Below, piece after piece: positions 9,073 through 20,923 of a DNA stretch of 64,000 nucleotides. Made by a program: the position numbers and the translations under genes. How positions within the stretch are numbered: position 1 is the stretch's first letter; every line of letters starts with the position of its first letter. Source of the DNA: Patescibacteria group bacterium (GTDB lineage Bacteria; Patescibacteriota; Patescibacteriia; UBA2591; JAQWAS01); contig JAQWAS010000001.1 of assembly GCA_028707495.1 (NCBI GenBank), forward strand, positions 48,382 through 112,381, written 5' to 3'. Under the pieces are notes generated by a model that was not told where the DNA came from, did no database searches, and saw only the letters and a program-made list of their open reading frames with translations.

Positions 9073-9104
9073 AAGGCCGAGGGAAATCCTCGGCCCTTGT
9101 TTAT
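9073..9104. terminator. bidirectional terminator (ggccgagg-gaaat-cctcggcc)
   Basis: Perfect 8-bp GC stem between convergent genes. Confidence 0.6.
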
Positions 9105-9122
9105 TCAAGTTTTAAAAATATT

Positions 9123-9734
9123 TTAAGCAATCTTTTCCTTAACACGCATTAAAGAAGTTAAGGCGCTTCTTTCCTGTTCATCAAGTTTATTAGTAATATA
9201 TTTAATAGTTGATTGCATCTGAGGAATAAAAACATATTCTAAGGCATTGACCCGGCGGCGGGTTTTTTCAATTTCTTGAGCCAAAAGACGAGCCGAATGT
9301 TCAATTTCAGCTAAATTAACAATATTATCTAAGCTGGCAGAAAAAGACTCTAAAGCAAAATCAATTTCACTACTAGTCGAAGCTAAAGAATAGCAGACAT
9401 GGTCACCTTCTGATTTAAATTTAAATTGAGGGATATTAACGCTCATAACATTTTTAGTTTCAACTTTCAAAGTTATTTTTTTAGATGGCATAATTAAAGC
9501 TTCTTCGGTGACTTCTGGGCGCATGTCAGCTGAGGCAAAAATAAAAGACTTAAAGGCTTGACCTAATTTTTGTTCAACTTCTTGACGGAGAGTTTGAGCC
9601 TGGCGAATAATCGTCATAAATTCTTTCATTAAGCCATCTCTTTTTTCTTTAAGCAGTTTGTGTCCTTGTTGAGCTACTTTAACTCTTTTTTTAAGTCGTA
9701 TAAGTTCTATGCGTGTTGGATTAATTTTTGCCAT
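9123..9734 (-). CDS. atpD: V/A-type ATP synthase subunit D
   Basis: MAKINPTRIELIRLKKR..QQGHKLLK, typical V-type D N-terminus; operon position. Confidence 0.85.
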   Translation of the reverse strand: MAKINPTRIELIRLKKRVKVAQQGHKLLKEKRDGLMKEFMTIIRQAQTLRQEVEQKLGQAFKSFIFASADMRPEVTEEALIMPSKKITLKVETKNVMSVNIPQFKFKSEGDHVCYSLASTSSEIDFALESFSASLDNIVNLAEIEHSARLLAQEIEKTRRRVNALEYVFIPQMQSTIKYITNKLDEQERSALTSLMRVKEKIA

Positions 9735-9767
9735 ACAAAATTAATTTTTTAAATTAATGTGATAGAT

Positions 9768-11150
9768 TTATTTTTTAGGTAGATATTTTTCAATATATTC
9801 TTCTTTAATTCTTTTTAATTCAGAGCGTGGAAGGATAGTTAATAATTCCCAGCCTAAGTTTAAAGTTGTTAAAATATCACGGTCTTCGTTTAAGCCTTGT
9901 TTAACAAATCTTTTTTCAAATTCATCAGCAAATTGACTAAATTTTTTATCGTTTTCTGATAAGGCAGCTTCACCTAAAATAACAGCTAGTTCGCGAGCCT
10001 CCTTACCACGAGCATAAGATGAAAAAAGTTGATTCATTAAGCCGGCGTGATCTTCTCGAGTTTTTCCCTCGCCAACACCTTTATCTTTTAAACGTGATAA
10101 AGATGGTAAGACGTTTACAGATGGATAAATACCCTTGCGATGCAAATCACGATCAATCATAATTTGACCTTCGGTAATATAACCAGTTAAATCCGGAATG
10201 GGATGGGTTTTATCATCTTCAGGCATGGTTAAAATAGGAATTTGAGTGATTGAACCAGGTTTATTTTTAATTCGACCAGCTCTTTCATACAGAGTTGAAA
10301 GATCAGTATACAAATAACCTGGATAACCTCTGCGGCCGGGAATTTCTTTACGTGCCGCTGAAATTTCTCTTAAAGCTTGGCAATAATTAGTCATGTCGGT
10401 TAAAATAACCAAAACATGCATACCTTTTTCATAAGCTAAATATTCTGCTGTGGTTAAAGCTAAACGAGGAAGAGTAATTCTTTCAACGACTGGGTCATCG
10501 GCTAAATTAATATATAAAACAGCTCGCTCGATTGCGCCGGTTTTTTTAAACTCATTAATAAAATATTCGGCTTCTTCAAATGTAATTCCCATGGCGCCGA
10601 AAATAACAGCAAAAGGCGAATCTTTTCCGTCTTTAGAAATAACTTTGGCTTGGCGAGCAATTTGAGCGGCGAGTTGATTGTGGGTTAAACCAGCACCTGA
10701 AAATATCGGTAATTTTTGGCCACGGACTAAAGTGTTTAAAGCATCAATAGTTGAAATACCAGTTTGAATAAAATCATTAGGATAATCTCTGGCAAAAGGA
10801 TTTAAGGGATCACCATTGACATCAAGTTTTGTTTCGGCAATAATAGCTGGACCCTTATCTTTGGGGCGACCAGAGCCGTCAAAGACTCGACCCAAAACAT
10901 CTAAAGATAATGGTAATTCCATGGTTTTACCTAAAAATTTAGCACTTGAACCTTCTAGGGCAATACCTCGAGTTCCTTCAAATAGTTGGACAATCGCCTT
11001 ATCTCCATTAACTTCTAAAACTTGACCGCGACGAATACTTCCATCGTTTAATTTAATTTCAACCAATTCATCATATTTAACTCCCTCAACTTCATCAACG
11101 ATTAAAAGCGGTCCAGAAACTTCTTTAATTGTTTTATATTCTTTCAACAT
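9768..11150 (-). CDS. atpB: V/A-type ATP synthase subunit B (non-catalytic)
   Basis: 460 aa alpha/beta-fold NTPase paralog lacking an intact P-loop; adjacent to A. Confidence 0.9.
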   Translation of the reverse strand: MLKEYKTIKEVSGPLLIVDEVEGVKYDELVEIKLNDGSIRRGQVLEVNGDKAIVQLFEGTRGIALEGSSAKFLGKTMELPLSLDVLGRVFDGSGRPKDKGPAIIAETKLDVNGDPLNPFARDYPNDFIQTGISTIDALNTLVRGQKLPIFSGAGLTHNQLAAQIARQAKVISKDGKDSPFAVIFGAMGITFEEAEYFINEFKKTGAIERAVLYINLADDPVVERITLPRLALTTAEYLAYEKGMHVLVILTDMTNYCQALREISAARKEIPGRRGYPGYLYTDLSTLYERAGRIKNKPGSITQIPILTMPEDDKTHPIPDLTGYITEGQIMIDRDLHRKGIYPSVNVLPSLSRLKDKGVGEGKTREDHAGLMNQLFSSYARGKEARELAVILGEAALSENDKKFSQFADEFEKRFVKQGLNEDRDILTTLNLGWELLTILPRSELKRIKEEYIEKYLPKK

Positions 11151-11161
11151 ATAATCTATTT

Positions 11162-12916
11162 TTATTTATTTAATGAATTAATTTGATTTTCAATTTGTTG
11201 AATTAGTTGTTCTAATTTATCGATTTCATCCATGGGGATGGATTTGGCACGACCAATTTCTTCTTTAACCGGCAAATCAAGCAAATCTTTAAGTTTAAAA
11301 CCGCTTTGAATTTTTTCTTTAGCTAGTTTATAAAAAACCATAATAGCCTTAAGAATGAGATATTGTTTTTTAATTGAAGAATAGGTATCAATTTCATCAA
11401 AAGCATTTTGAAGCAAAAAATCTTCTCGAATTGACTTAGCTGTGTCTAGAGTTAATTGTTCTTGAAAAGATAATGATTCGACACCAACCAAACGGACAAC
11501 CTCTTCTAAAGCGGATTCTTCTTGTAAAATTGTCATCGCTTGAATTCTTAATTCTGGCCAATCTTGACCAGCGTGGCTAGCCATATATTCGCTTAAATTG
11601 TCGGTATATAAAGAATAACTATTCAGCCAATTTATAGCTGGAAAATGACGACGGTAAGCTAATTGATCATCTAGTGCCCAAAAAACTTTAGTTACTCTCA
11701 ATGTGTTTTGAGTGACTGGTTCTGATAAATCGCCACCGGGAGGAGAAACAGCTCCGACTACGGTTAAGGAGCCTTCACGGTCACCAGCGCCTAAACATTT
11801 TATTTTTCCAGCACGTTCATAAAATTCAGCTGTGCGTGAAGCTAGATAAGCTGGATAGCCTTCTTCACCTGGCATTTCTTCTAAGCGACCAGAAATTTCA
11901 CGCAACGCCTCAGCCCAGCGAGAAGTAGAATCGCCCATTAAGGCTACGTTATAGCCCATGTCACGATAATATTCAGCAATGGTAATCCCAGTATAAATCG
12001 AAGCTTCGCGGGCAGCCACAGGCATATTTGAAGTGTTGGCAATTAAGACGGTTCTTTCCATTAGGGCTTTGCCGGATTTAGGGTCTTTTAATTCTGGAAA
12101 TTCTTGAAGTACATCAGTCATCTCATTGCCACGTTCACCGCAACCAATGAAAATAATAATATCAGCATCAGCCCATTTGGCTAGTTGGTGTTGGACTACT
12201 GTTTTACCAGAGCCAAAAGGACCAGGAATGCAACCCGCACCGCCTTTGGCAATGGGGAAAAAAGTATCAATAATTCTTTGGCCAGTTAATAGTGGTTCGG
12301 TTGGAATTAGTTTTTCCTTAATTTTACGAGCTTCGCGGATGGGCCAAATTTGAGTCATGGTGATGTCTTGTCCGTCAATTTTAGCTATAGCGTCTTTTAA
12401 GGTAAACGAACCAGATTGAATTGTTTCAATGGTGCCATTTTGAATATGAAGTGGTACCATGATTTTATGAATAATTAATTCGGTTTCTTGAACTTCGCCT
12501 AAAACATCTCCAGCTTCAACCTTATCTCCTTTTTTAACCAAGGGTTTAAATTCCCATTTTTTCTTTTCATCCAAGGCTGGAACTTCAACGCCTCGGGTGA
12601 TATAAGCTCCAGTTTTTTCTTCAAGCTTATCTAACGGGCGTTGAATTCCATCATAAATTGAAGTCAATAAACCTGGTCCTAAAACTACAGACAGGGGATG
12701 GCCAGTTAAGTAAACCGGTTCGCCTGGTCCAATGCCTGAGGTATTTTCATAAACTTGAATTGAAGCTTTGTCGCCATCGAGTTCAATAACTTCACCAATA
12801 AGTTTGTGTTCTGAAACTTTAACTACTTCATACATTTTAACTCCAAACATGCCTTCGGCGACAACAAGCGGTCCGGCGACTTTGATAATTTTTCCTTGAG
12901 TTTTTTCTTTTAACAT
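11162..12916 (-). CDS. atpA: V/A-type ATP synthase catalytic subunit A
   Basis: 584 aa; Walker A GPFGSGKT; non-homologous insert region typical of A subunits. Confidence 0.9.
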   Translation of the reverse strand: MLKEKTQGKIIKVAGPLVVAEGMFGVKMYEVVKVSEHKLIGEVIELDGDKASIQVYENTSGIGPGEPVYLTGHPLSVVLGPGLLTSIYDGIQRPLDKLEEKTGAYITRGVEVPALDEKKKWEFKPLVKKGDKVEAGDVLGEVQETELIIHKIMVPLHIQNGTIETIQSGSFTLKDAIAKIDGQDITMTQIWPIREARKIKEKLIPTEPLLTGQRIIDTFFPIAKGGAGCIPGPFGSGKTVVQHQLAKWADADIIIFIGCGERGNEMTDVLQEFPELKDPKSGKALMERTVLIANTSNMPVAAREASIYTGITIAEYYRDMGYNVALMGDSTSRWAEALREISGRLEEMPGEEGYPAYLASRTAEFYERAGKIKCLGAGDREGSLTVVGAVSPPGGDLSEPVTQNTLRVTKVFWALDDQLAYRRHFPAINWLNSYSLYTDNLSEYMASHAGQDWPELRIQAMTILQEESALEEVVRLVGVESLSFQEQLTLDTAKSIREDFLLQNAFDEIDTYSSIKKQYLILKAIMVFYKLAKEKIQSGFKLKDLLDLPVKEEIGRAKSIPMDEIDKLEQLIQQIENQINSLNK

Positions 12917-12933
12917 ATTATTTTTTTATAAAA

Positions 12934-13260
12934 TTAATTTTCTGATTTAGATAAAATATCACTCCCAACAGCTTGTTCAACTATTTTTTTTAAATTTTGA
13001 TAACCGTAATTTGTGGTGCCATGTTGAGATGGGATGAAAGTAATAGCGGGCATGGTTTGACGAGCTAGTTCATCAATTTCGTCTTTAAGTTGAGTTGCCC
13101 AATCCTCAGTGATAAATAAGACGCCATAAGATCCGTTTTTAATTTTTTCTAAAGCTTGATGAGCATCGGCAATTTCAACCACTGGAAAAATTTCAACCCC
13201 AAGGGCTTTAAACCCTAAAACGGCATTAGCTGAACCTAAAATAGCGATTTGATATTCCAT
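12934..13260 (-). CDS. atpF: V/A-type ATP synthase subunit F
   Basis: 108 aa; position between C and A. Confidence 0.75.
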   Translation of the reverse strand: MEYQIAILGSANAVLGFKALGVEIFPVVEIADAHQALEKIKNGSYGVLFITEDWATQLKDEIDELARQTMPAITFIPSQHGTTNYGYQNLKKIVEQAVGSDILSKSEN

Positions 13261-13267
13261 AAATTTT

Positions 13268-14263
13268 TTAAAATAAATTTCTTTGACGTTGTTTTAACTC
13301 TTCGGCTGGAATATTATTTAATTTACCAGTCATAACTAAACGAACATTGCGAATAGCATTTTTTTTAGCTAAATAATAGCCAACTAAAATTTCTGGGCCA
13401 TAGCCTATCCATTTAGTTTGTCGAACGAAATCAAGTTCCATATTTTCTAAATCTTTTTCTAATTCCGATAAATTTTGATGCTCTAAATAGTGATCAATAA
13501 AAATTGAAGCATCTTTAGAAAAATTATTTTTTATTTCAATTAAACCTTCTTCGAGTGGTTTTTCTACTAGACGAGCAAAATCATCTAAATCTAAACTACC
13601 TTTTTCTAAAATTTCAGAAACAATATATTCGGACGAGCGTTGCATACGCTTACCACGAATAAATATTTTAAGATTGGCAATATCTATTTGGAGTTTAATC
13701 AATTCTTGAATAAATTTGTTTTTTGTTTTTTGGCCTAAGGCATAAAGAGTTTCAAAATATTGCCAATCAGACCAACGATCAAGCCAATTTGGTTGAACCC
13801 CCTCAGTTTCAATTTTATTTTTAATATAATCAATCGCAAATTTTATTTCTGACGGTAACTCGTTTTTTGCGTCTTCTAAAATAACTTGTTTGAGCTTTGC
13901 AAAATTAACCACCCCCAAATCAGAAGCATAATCTTCGGTGTTTTTGTGACTATATTTTTCTTTAAACAAGAGTTTTATGTTTTGAAAATCATAGCGAATA
14001 AAAAGTATTTTTAACAAATTTTCATCTGGTACAATTTGAAAAAAAAGTTCGCGAACTTGTCTGAGATCATCTTGTAGAGCTTGGTTAAAATTTTTAACTG
14101 GCACATCTAAAAGATTATCGGCATAATCAGTATCATTAAAAACCCTAAAAGCCTGTTCGGCATCAGGAGCGTCGAGCATTCTTTCAAGTTCAGCTTGGTT
14201 TAAAAGCTTATTTTCTTTGGATCTAATTAGACCAGTTGCATAAAGATATTTACTTCGAGACAT
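13268..14263 (-). CDS. atpC: V/A-type ATP synthase subunit C
   Basis: 331 aa helical protein in conserved operon position. Confidence 0.75.
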   Translation of the reverse strand: MSRSKYLYATGLIRSKENKLLNQAELERMLDAPDAEQAFRVFNDTDYADNLLDVPVKNFNQALQDDLRQVRELFFQIVPDENLLKILFIRYDFQNIKLLFKEKYSHKNTEDYASDLGVVNFAKLKQVILEDAKNELPSEIKFAIDYIKNKIETEGVQPNWLDRWSDWQYFETLYALGQKTKNKFIQELIKLQIDIANLKIFIRGKRMQRSSEYIVSEILEKGSLDLDDFARLVEKPLEEGLIEIKNNFSKDASIFIDHYLEHQNLSELEKDLENMELDFVRQTKWIGYGPEILVGYYLAKKNAIRNVRLVMTGKLNNIPAEELKQRQRNLF

Positions 14264-14270
14264 GCAAAAA

Positions 14271-14837
14271 TTAGTTAAATAATGTTTTAGCTATTTTTTC
14301 CTCAGTTTCTTGTTGGGCACGTTTAATTATTTGTTCAAACGAATTATCAATGTTAATTTTGGGCGAAACAAAAATAAAGCCACCTTTGATTTTTTCATTT
14401 TCTTCGATTAATTCGAAATTGCGTTGACTTTGGTTAAGCGCCTGTTGGGTAAGTTTAACTTTATTTTTGGCTGGCTGAATTTGACCATTTTCAAGCTCTG
14501 GTAGATCATAAATCAATTGGCTAATCAGCTCAATATATTGTTTATCATTGAGTTCTAATAATTCATCTAAAGCCATTTTATAAACTTGATCAATAGTTTT
14601 TCTTTTTTTCTCTAAAATTTGAGCGTTGTTTTTTAATTTATTTTGAAACAACTCTTGATCGGCCAGTTTTTCAAGCTGTTGTTTTTTAGCGTCCAAGAGT
14701 ATCTTTTTTTTAGCTTCAATTTTAGTTTGATATTCTGTTTCAAGTTCTTTTGTTGTTTTTTTTGTTTCAGCTTCAATTTTTTTTATTTCAGCTTGAGTTT
14801 CTTGCTGAATTTTTTGAATAATATTTTGTAAAGACAT
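14271..14837 (-). CDS. atpE: V/A-type ATP synthase subunit E
   Basis: 188 aa; N-terminal coiled coil, then globular C-terminus. Confidence 0.75.
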   Translation of the reverse strand: MSLQNIIQKIQQETQAEIKKIEAETKKTTKELETEYQTKIEAKKKILLDAKKQQLEKLADQELFQNKLKNNAQILEKKRKTIDQVYKMALDELLELNDKQYIELISQLIYDLPELENGQIQPAKNKVKLTQQALNQSQRNFELIEENEKIKGGFIFVSPKINIDNSFEQIIKRAQQETEEKIAKTLFN

Positions 14838-14863
14838 AGATTAAATATGTTTGACTAAAATTA

Positions 14864-15352
<489 letters not shown>

Positions 15353-15392
15353 TTAATAATTATTAATTAAAAATTTAAATTTATAATATAAA

Positions 15393-17384
15393 TTAATTTT
15401 GATTTTCCGGTGTAGTAAATTGACCTTGTTTTTTAACTGGTTTAAAGCGCCGACCGCCACCTTCCATAAATTTAGGGAAAAATTCAACATATTGCAAGCG
15501 ACCAGAGTGAATAAATGAACCTAAGGCGTTGATGGCTAAATTAAAGATATGCCCACCAATCAAAATTAAAATAGCAATGGGCCAGCCGATAAAAGGAATC
15601 ATATCTTTAAATAACATGGCAATTAAATTAATTACCATGGCAATAATGCCAGTTGCCAAGCCGAGAGCGAGAATACGCGAATATGATAAAACATCGGATA
15701 AATAACCAACCAAGTCATATAAAGAGAGAATGCCTTGAGGAATTTTTAAAAATATATTTTTGGCGCGACGACCTTGAGTTAAAACAACAGCAGCTACACC
15801 AAGATAAACTAAATAAGTTGCTAATTGACTTAAGCTGGCGATTAATCCAACCTTAGTTAACATCCAAAACAAAATACTAAAAATAAAATATAACCAAATT
15901 GCACTGTCAAAAGATTGATCCCAATCTTTATTTTTTAAATTCCAATATAAATTCACAGCAATACCAACAACAACTTGTATAATTCCTAAAATTAACGAAA
16001 CAACTAGCATTTTTAAAGGTTCTTCGACTGGATTGATAATTCTAATTTTTAATAGAAAATTTCTGATTGGTTCTAAGGATGCTGGTAAATTTTCAAGAGT
16101 AATTCCAAACCAGCCACCTAAAATAGCTCCCATGATAAAAGTTGCTACGCCACCATAAATTAATAATTTGAAAAAGCCTCGTTTTTCTTTCGGAGTTTTT
16201 AAAACTTTCATAGCTAGAAAAGAAAATAAAGCTAAAATAATTCCATAGCCAGCATCACTTAAACACAAACCAAAGAAAATAATAAAAAATGGAGCTAAAT
16301 AGGGAGTTGGATCAACTTCGTGAGATTGAGGAGCTCCGTAGATATTAGTGACAGATTCAAAGGGTTGAACAAAGTTGGAATTACGCAAAACAACCGGCGG
16401 AGTTTCATTTTTTTCTAATTCAATTTTGACAATTTCAGTTTCACTTGAAATTTTATTTAATATTTTTTTTAAATTTTCAACGTGGCGACTTTCGATCCAG
16501 GCCGACAAGCCAAAGGTGTGCTGGGTTTTAGTTATTTGACTGTCAATAATCATTTTTTCTTTTTGCCAAAAAAAGTAATCATAAACAATTTTTAAATCAT
16601 CAAGATAGTGACCCAGATCTTGAATTTGATGTAAAATTTCTTGTTGTTTTTTTTCAGCTTGAATAATCTCTTTTTGAAGGTGTTGAATTGTTTCTTTAGG
16701 TTTTTGGTTTGGATAAATTAAATCAGCATGTTGAAAATCAAATTTTTTAAACAGTTCATCAATTTCTTTTTGAAGAGTTTTAAAATAAATAATTAAAATA
16801 TAATTTTCTTTTTCATCTTCTTTAATATTAATAACCTCAATCAGATCTTTATCTTTTTCAATTTCTTGTAAGAATAAGTCAAAATGTTTTTTGTTAATAA
16901 TGCCAATAGTTGAAATTGTTTTTTGAGTATCTTGAATACTTTGTGGTGGATAAATTAAATCTTGCCAAGGTTCTAATATTTTAATTTCACTTTGATATTT
17001 AATAATTAAATTATTGCATTGATTAAGGTTTTCATTTAAATTTTGTGTTTTTTCAACTAAATCTTGGTAGTCAAAACTAGATAAAATTTTATTTATTTTC
17101 GTTTGAGTGATCGGAATTTTAGGATTTAATAGGTTGTTTATTTTTTTCTGCCAGTTTTTTTCTTTGGGCTTATATTGTTCAATAAAATCGACGCCTGATT
17201 TTATTTGAGCTAATTTATAATCTAAATCAGAAATAACTTTATAGCTATATTGATCTTCTTGGTTTTCCAAATCTTTATTCGAAATAATTTCAAGCCAACC
17301 CAATTGATAAATTGTTTCAATAATTTTTTCTTGATGTTCAACGTGTCCGACTAAACATATTTTTTGGATAGGGGAGACAGCCAT
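15393..17384 (-). CDS. atpI: V/A-type ATP synthase subunit I/a
   Basis: 663 aa; soluble coiled-coil N-terminal half plus multi-TM C-terminal half. Confidence 0.85.
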   Translation of the reverse strand: MAVSPIQKICLVGHVEHQEKIIETIYQLGWLEIISNKDLENQEDQYSYKVISDLDYKLAQIKSGVDFIEQYKPKEKNWQKKINNLLNPKIPITQTKINKILSSFDYQDLVEKTQNLNENLNQCNNLIIKYQSEIKILEPWQDLIYPPQSIQDTQKTISTIGIINKKHFDLFLQEIEKDKDLIEVINIKEDEKENYILIIYFKTLQKEIDELFKKFDFQHADLIYPNQKPKETIQHLQKEIIQAEKKQQEILHQIQDLGHYLDDLKIVYDYFFWQKEKMIIDSQITKTQHTFGLSAWIESRHVENLKKILNKISSETEIVKIELEKNETPPVVLRNSNFVQPFESVTNIYGAPQSHEVDPTPYLAPFFIIFFGLCLSDAGYGIILALFSFLAMKVLKTPKEKRGFFKLLIYGGVATFIMGAILGGWFGITLENLPASLEPIRNFLLKIRIINPVEEPLKMLVVSLILGIIQVVVGIAVNLYWNLKNKDWDQSFDSAIWLYFIFSILFWMLTKVGLIASLSQLATYLVYLGVAAVVLTQGRRAKNIFLKIPQGILSLYDLVGYLSDVLSYSRILALGLATGIIAMVINLIAMLFKDMIPFIGWPIAILILIGGHIFNLAINALGSFIHSGRLQYVEFFPKFMEGGGRRFKPVKKQGQFTTPENQN

Positions 17385-17412
17385 ATTTTTATAAAAAAAT
17401 AAAAAATAAATC

Positions 17413-17730
17413 TTAAGACTTATTTAATATATAATCTAAAATTATTTTTTGAGCTTGATTATTTTTTTTCGTATCTAATTTTTCAATTTTTTTAAAATCT
17501 TGTTTAAATTTTTCATCTGCCTGTGTAAGACGAATTTGATTGTTGTTTTTAATATCTTTATTGAGTGCGTCAAAATCGTCTTGAATTTCTTTTTCAAGTT
17601 GATCAATTAAGGTTTCTTGCGCCTGTTTGAATTGGGTTATTTTTTGTTGATTTTGATTTTGAGCTAATTGAATTTTTTCTTGAGCTGTTCGTTCTATTTT
17701 TTTTATTTCATCAATTGGGTTTTGAGTCAT
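17413..17730 (-). CDS. V/A-type ATP synthase subunit G/H (peripheral stalk)
   Basis: 105 aa charged coiled-coil protein, first gene of the operon as in Thermus atpG. Confidence 0.6.
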   Translation of the reverse strand: MTQNPIDEIKKIERTAQEKIQLAQNQNQQKITQFKQAQETLIDQLEKEIQDDFDALNKDIKNNNQIRLTQADEKFKQDFKKIEKLDTKKNNQAQKIILDYILNKS

Positions 17731-17764
17731 ATTCTTTTAAGTCTAAAAATTTAAGAATTTGTTT

Positions 17765-17793
17765 ATTATAAATCTATTTTAAGAAGAAGTCAA
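17765..17793 (-). promoter_or_regulatory. promoter of V-ATPase operon: TTGACT-N17-TATAAT on minus strand
   Basis: Reverse complement reads TTGACTtcttcttaaaatagattTATAAT, about 35 nt upstream of the first start codon. Confidence 0.55.
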
Positions 17794-17835
17794 TTATTTT
17801 TTATGTGGATAAAATAAACATCTCGGCTTTTTTAA

Positions 17836-18260
17836 AAGAGTCATTGCGAGGAATCCCGATTTTTGGGATGACGAAGCAATTTCGTAAAAGAAAACCTTAA
17901 AATTAAGAATACAATTGAAGCGTTGATTTACGGGATTGCTTCGTCGTCGGATTACCTCCTTCTCACAATGACACTTTAGGAACGGGATTGCCACCTGTCT
18001 GCGGCGGGCAGGTGTCGTCGTCTGCCGAGTCGGCAGACTCCTTCTCGCAATGACACATACCTAAAGTGTCATGCTGAACTTGTTTCAGCATCTGTTAGCG
18101 CTTAAAATGTTGATTCTTAAAAAATGTTTTTTTTTCGACTACAGATCCTGAAATAAATTCAGGATGACAATACAAAAATTCAGGATGACAATGGGGTTCT
18201 GGATAACAATACAAAGCATTCCATTGCACGGAACTCTGCTCGCAATGACGCTTGTTTTTT
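17836..18260. repeat. hairpin-dense GC-rich repeat mosaic, right copy (core about 17993-18169, plus a degenerate partial copy 17905-17992)
   Basis: Same modules and order as 7757-8170, direct orientation. Confidence 0.8.
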
Positions 18261-18314
18261 AATATTAACTTCCCATTTTTAATTATTTTTGCTATACTGA
18301 CTTAATTGATTTTT

Positions 18315-19826
18315 ATGTCTAAACCAACAACACAAAAAGAAAAAAGATTTTATCGTTTTCTAGAAATTTGGCCAGGCGCAATTGTTTGGGCAACTTACAT
18401 TGCAGCTATTGGTCTATCTTTTTTTAAACCACTTTGGGTGATTTATTTTATTATTGCTTTTAGTATTTATTGGGTAATGAGAATTCTTTATTTGTTGATT
18501 TATAATATTTATTCCTGGATAAAAATGCGTCAAACTGTAAAAGTTGATTGGCTATCCAAACTTAAAGAAGAAAAAAATTGGCAAGATTATTATCATTTAA
18601 TTTTTTTACCGACATACAAAGAGGGGATAGAAATTTTACGCGAATCTTTTAAACATTTAACTCAAACAGATTATCCGAGCGATAAATTTATAATAGTTCT
18701 GGGCGGAGAAGAACGTGATAAAGAAAATTTTTTGCAAATAGCAGAACAGATAAAAAAAGAGTTTTCTGAAAAAATATTTAAAATGTTAATTACGGTTCAT
18801 CCCAAAGGTTTACCCGACGAAATTCCCGGCAAAGGTTCAAATGTTAATTGGATGGGACATCAAGCTAAAAAATTAATTGATGAATTAAATTTAGATTATG
18901 AAAAAATAATTGTTTCAACTTTTGATATTGACACTTGTGTTCATCCGACTTATTTTGCTCATTTAACTTATAAATACATAAATCATCCTAATCCAACTAG
19001 GGCCAGTTATCAGCCAATCGCAGTTTATCATAATAATATTTGGGAGGCCCCGGCCGTTTTGCGTGTAGTTGCCAATTCAACCACTTTTTGGTTGCTTTCA
19101 GAGTTGGCTCGACCAGAACGACTTTTTACTTTTTCCTCGCACAGTATGAGTTTTAGGGCATTAGTAGATGTGGGTTTTTGGGAAAAAGATATTGTGACCG
19201 AAGATTCAAGGATATTTTTACAATGTTTTATTCATTACAAGGGTGAATATAGCGTAGAACCTATGTTTATACCAGTTTCTATGGATACGGTTATGTCAGA
19301 TAATTTATGGCAAAGCTTTAAAAATCAATATAAACAAATTCAACGTTGGGGTTGGGCGGTTGAACACTTTCCGTATATGGTTTGGAATTTTTTTAAAAAT
19401 CCCCAAGGCAAACAAATTCCTTGGCTTAAAAAGATGCGCTATCTTTTTCAATTTACTGAAGGTGAATATTCTTGGCCAACAGCGCCAATTCTATTGTTAG
19501 TTTTGGGTCGTTTGCCTTTGTTTCTAGCTGACCCAGCTACTGAAGCTAAGGTTATAGCCCAAAATGCACCTTATGTTTTACAGTGGATTATGACTTGTGG
19601 TGTGCTTGGTCTTATAATTTTAGCTATTTTAAGTACAATTATTTTACCTAAACGGCTTCATAAAAGCTCTAAATTTGGGTATGTGATAATGATCGTTCAG
19701 TGGATTTTAGTGCCAATTACAATGATAATTTTTGGTTCTATTCCGGCAGTTGATGCTCAAACACGTTTAATGTTAGGTAAAAATTTAGGTTTTAGGGTGA
19801 CAGAAAAAAAGAGAAAACAAAGATAA
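18315..19826 (+). CDS. GT2-like membrane glycosyltransferase (processive-type QxxRW motif)
   Basis: N- and C-terminal TM helices; FDIDT (DxD-like) and QIQRWGWA (QxxRW); ATG at 18315 preferred over TTG at 18306. Confidence 0.45.
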   Translation: MSKPTTQKEKRFYRFLEIWPGAIVWATYIAAIGLSFFKPLWVIYFIIAFSIYWVMRILYLLIYNIYSWIKMRQTVKVDWLSKLKEEKNWQDYYHLIFLPTYKEGIEILRESFKHLTQTDYPSDKFIIVLGGEERDKENFLQIAEQIKKEFSEKIFKMLITVHPKGLPDEIPGKGSNVNWMGHQAKKLIDELNLDYEKIIVSTFDIDTCVHPTYFAHLTYKYINHPNPTRASYQPIAVYHNNIWEAPAVLRVVANSTTFWLLSELARPERLFTFSSHSMSFRALVDVGFWEKDIVTEDSRIFLQCFIHYKGEYSVEPMFIPVSMDTVMSDNLWQSFKNQYKQIQRWGWAVEHFPYMVWNFFKNPQGKQIPWLKKMRYLFQFTEGEYSWPTAPILLLVLGRLPLFLADPATEAKVIAQNAPYVLQWIMTCGVLGLIILAILSTIILPKRLHKSSKFGYVIMIVQWILVPITMIIFGSIPAVDAQTRLMLGKNLGFRVTEKKRKQR

Positions 19827-19828
19827 CA

Positions 19829-20797
19829 ATGCTTACTCAAAAATTTTCTAAAATTCAACAAAATATAAATTTAGCCGAATATACGACTTTTAAGATTGGT
19901 GGACCGGCTAAGTATTTTTATGTGGCTGAAGACAAAGACGACTTAATTGAGGTCTTAAATTTTTGTTTAGAAAATAAAATTCCATATTTTATTTTAGGTG
20001 GTGGGAGTAATATTTTAATTAGCGATCAGGGGTTTGGTGGTTTGGTAATTAAAATTATAAACAATAATTTAAAAATAATAAATCAAGATGAAAAATCTAA
20101 AATTATTCAAGCTGGTGCTGGTGATAAATTGGCCAATGTAGTGGGCTTAGCTTTGCAAAACGAGTTGAGTGGCTTGGAAAATTTTATTGGTATTCCGGGC
20201 ACAATCGGCGGGGCGGTGAGAGGCAATGCGGGTGCTTATTTAAAATCCATTAGCGATGTTCTAAAATCGGTCACGGTTTTACGCTTAGAAAATGGGGATT
20301 GGCAAATTCAAAAATTAACACCCAAGGAGTGTAATTTCGAATATCGTCAAAGTATTTTTAAAGCCAATCAAGATATAATCTGGCAAGTAGAATTGGAATT
20401 AATTTCGGGCAATAAAGAGGAAATATTGGCTAAAATGAAGGAATATATTTTAAAACGCCAGCAAGTTCAGTCACCAACTTGGTTGAGTGCTGGCTGTGTT
20501 TTTATTAATCCTTCAGTACAAAATATTGATTTGTTGGTTTTAGAGGACCAAGGTTATGACGTGGCTAGGTTTAAAGAAACCGGTAAGATACCAGCCGGTT
20601 GGTTGATTGAACAATTAAATTTAAAGGGTAAAACTATTGGTCAAGCTCAAGTAACTTACGAGCATGCTAATTTTATAATTAATTTAGGCCAAGCGACAGC
20701 TGATGATGTTTTAAAATTAATTAAGTTTGTTCAGGAGCAGGTTAAGAATAAATTTAAAATAAATTTAGAATTAGAAATCGAATTGGTTGGATTTTAG
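19829..20797 (+). CDS. murB: UDP-N-acetylenolpyruvoylglucosamine reductase MurB
   Basis: FAD-binding N-terminus YTTFKIGGPA..ILGGGSN; C-terminal MurB domain. Confidence 0.85.
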   Translation: MLTQKFSKIQQNINLAEYTTFKIGGPAKYFYVAEDKDDLIEVLNFCLENKIPYFILGGGSNILISDQGFGGLVIKIINNNLKIINQDEKSKIIQAGAGDKLANVVGLALQNELSGLENFIGIPGTIGGAVRGNAGAYLKSISDVLKSVTVLRLENGDWQIQKLTPKECNFEYRQSIFKANQDIIWQVELELISGNKEEILAKMKEYILKRQQVQSPTWLSAGCVFINPSVQNIDLLVLEDQGYDVARFKETGKIPAGWLIEQLNLKGKTIGQAQVTYEHANFIINLGQATADDVLKLIKFVQEQVKNKFKINLELEIELVGF

Positions 20798-20843
20798 CAA
20801 GCCGATATGAATAATTTTAAGTAGTTGATGTATATATTGGGGC

Positions 20844-20872
20844 TTGACAAAAATAATAAAATAAACTAAGAT
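20844..20872 (+). promoter_or_regulatory. promoter TTGACA-N17-TAAGAT upstream of giant protein gene
   Basis: Consensus -35, 17-bp spacer. Confidence 0.45.
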
Positions 20873-20923
20873 GATTAATTAATAATTAGGTGATATTTTA
20901 TTATTTATTAATTAATTAAATAT

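Noticed and set aside
10450-12353. Plus-strand ORFs (10450-10665, 10816-11025, 12126-12353) inside V-ATPase A/B genes
   Set aside because: Antisense to highly conserved, confidently assigned genes; Ser/Pro/Ala-rich translations typical of antisense frames.
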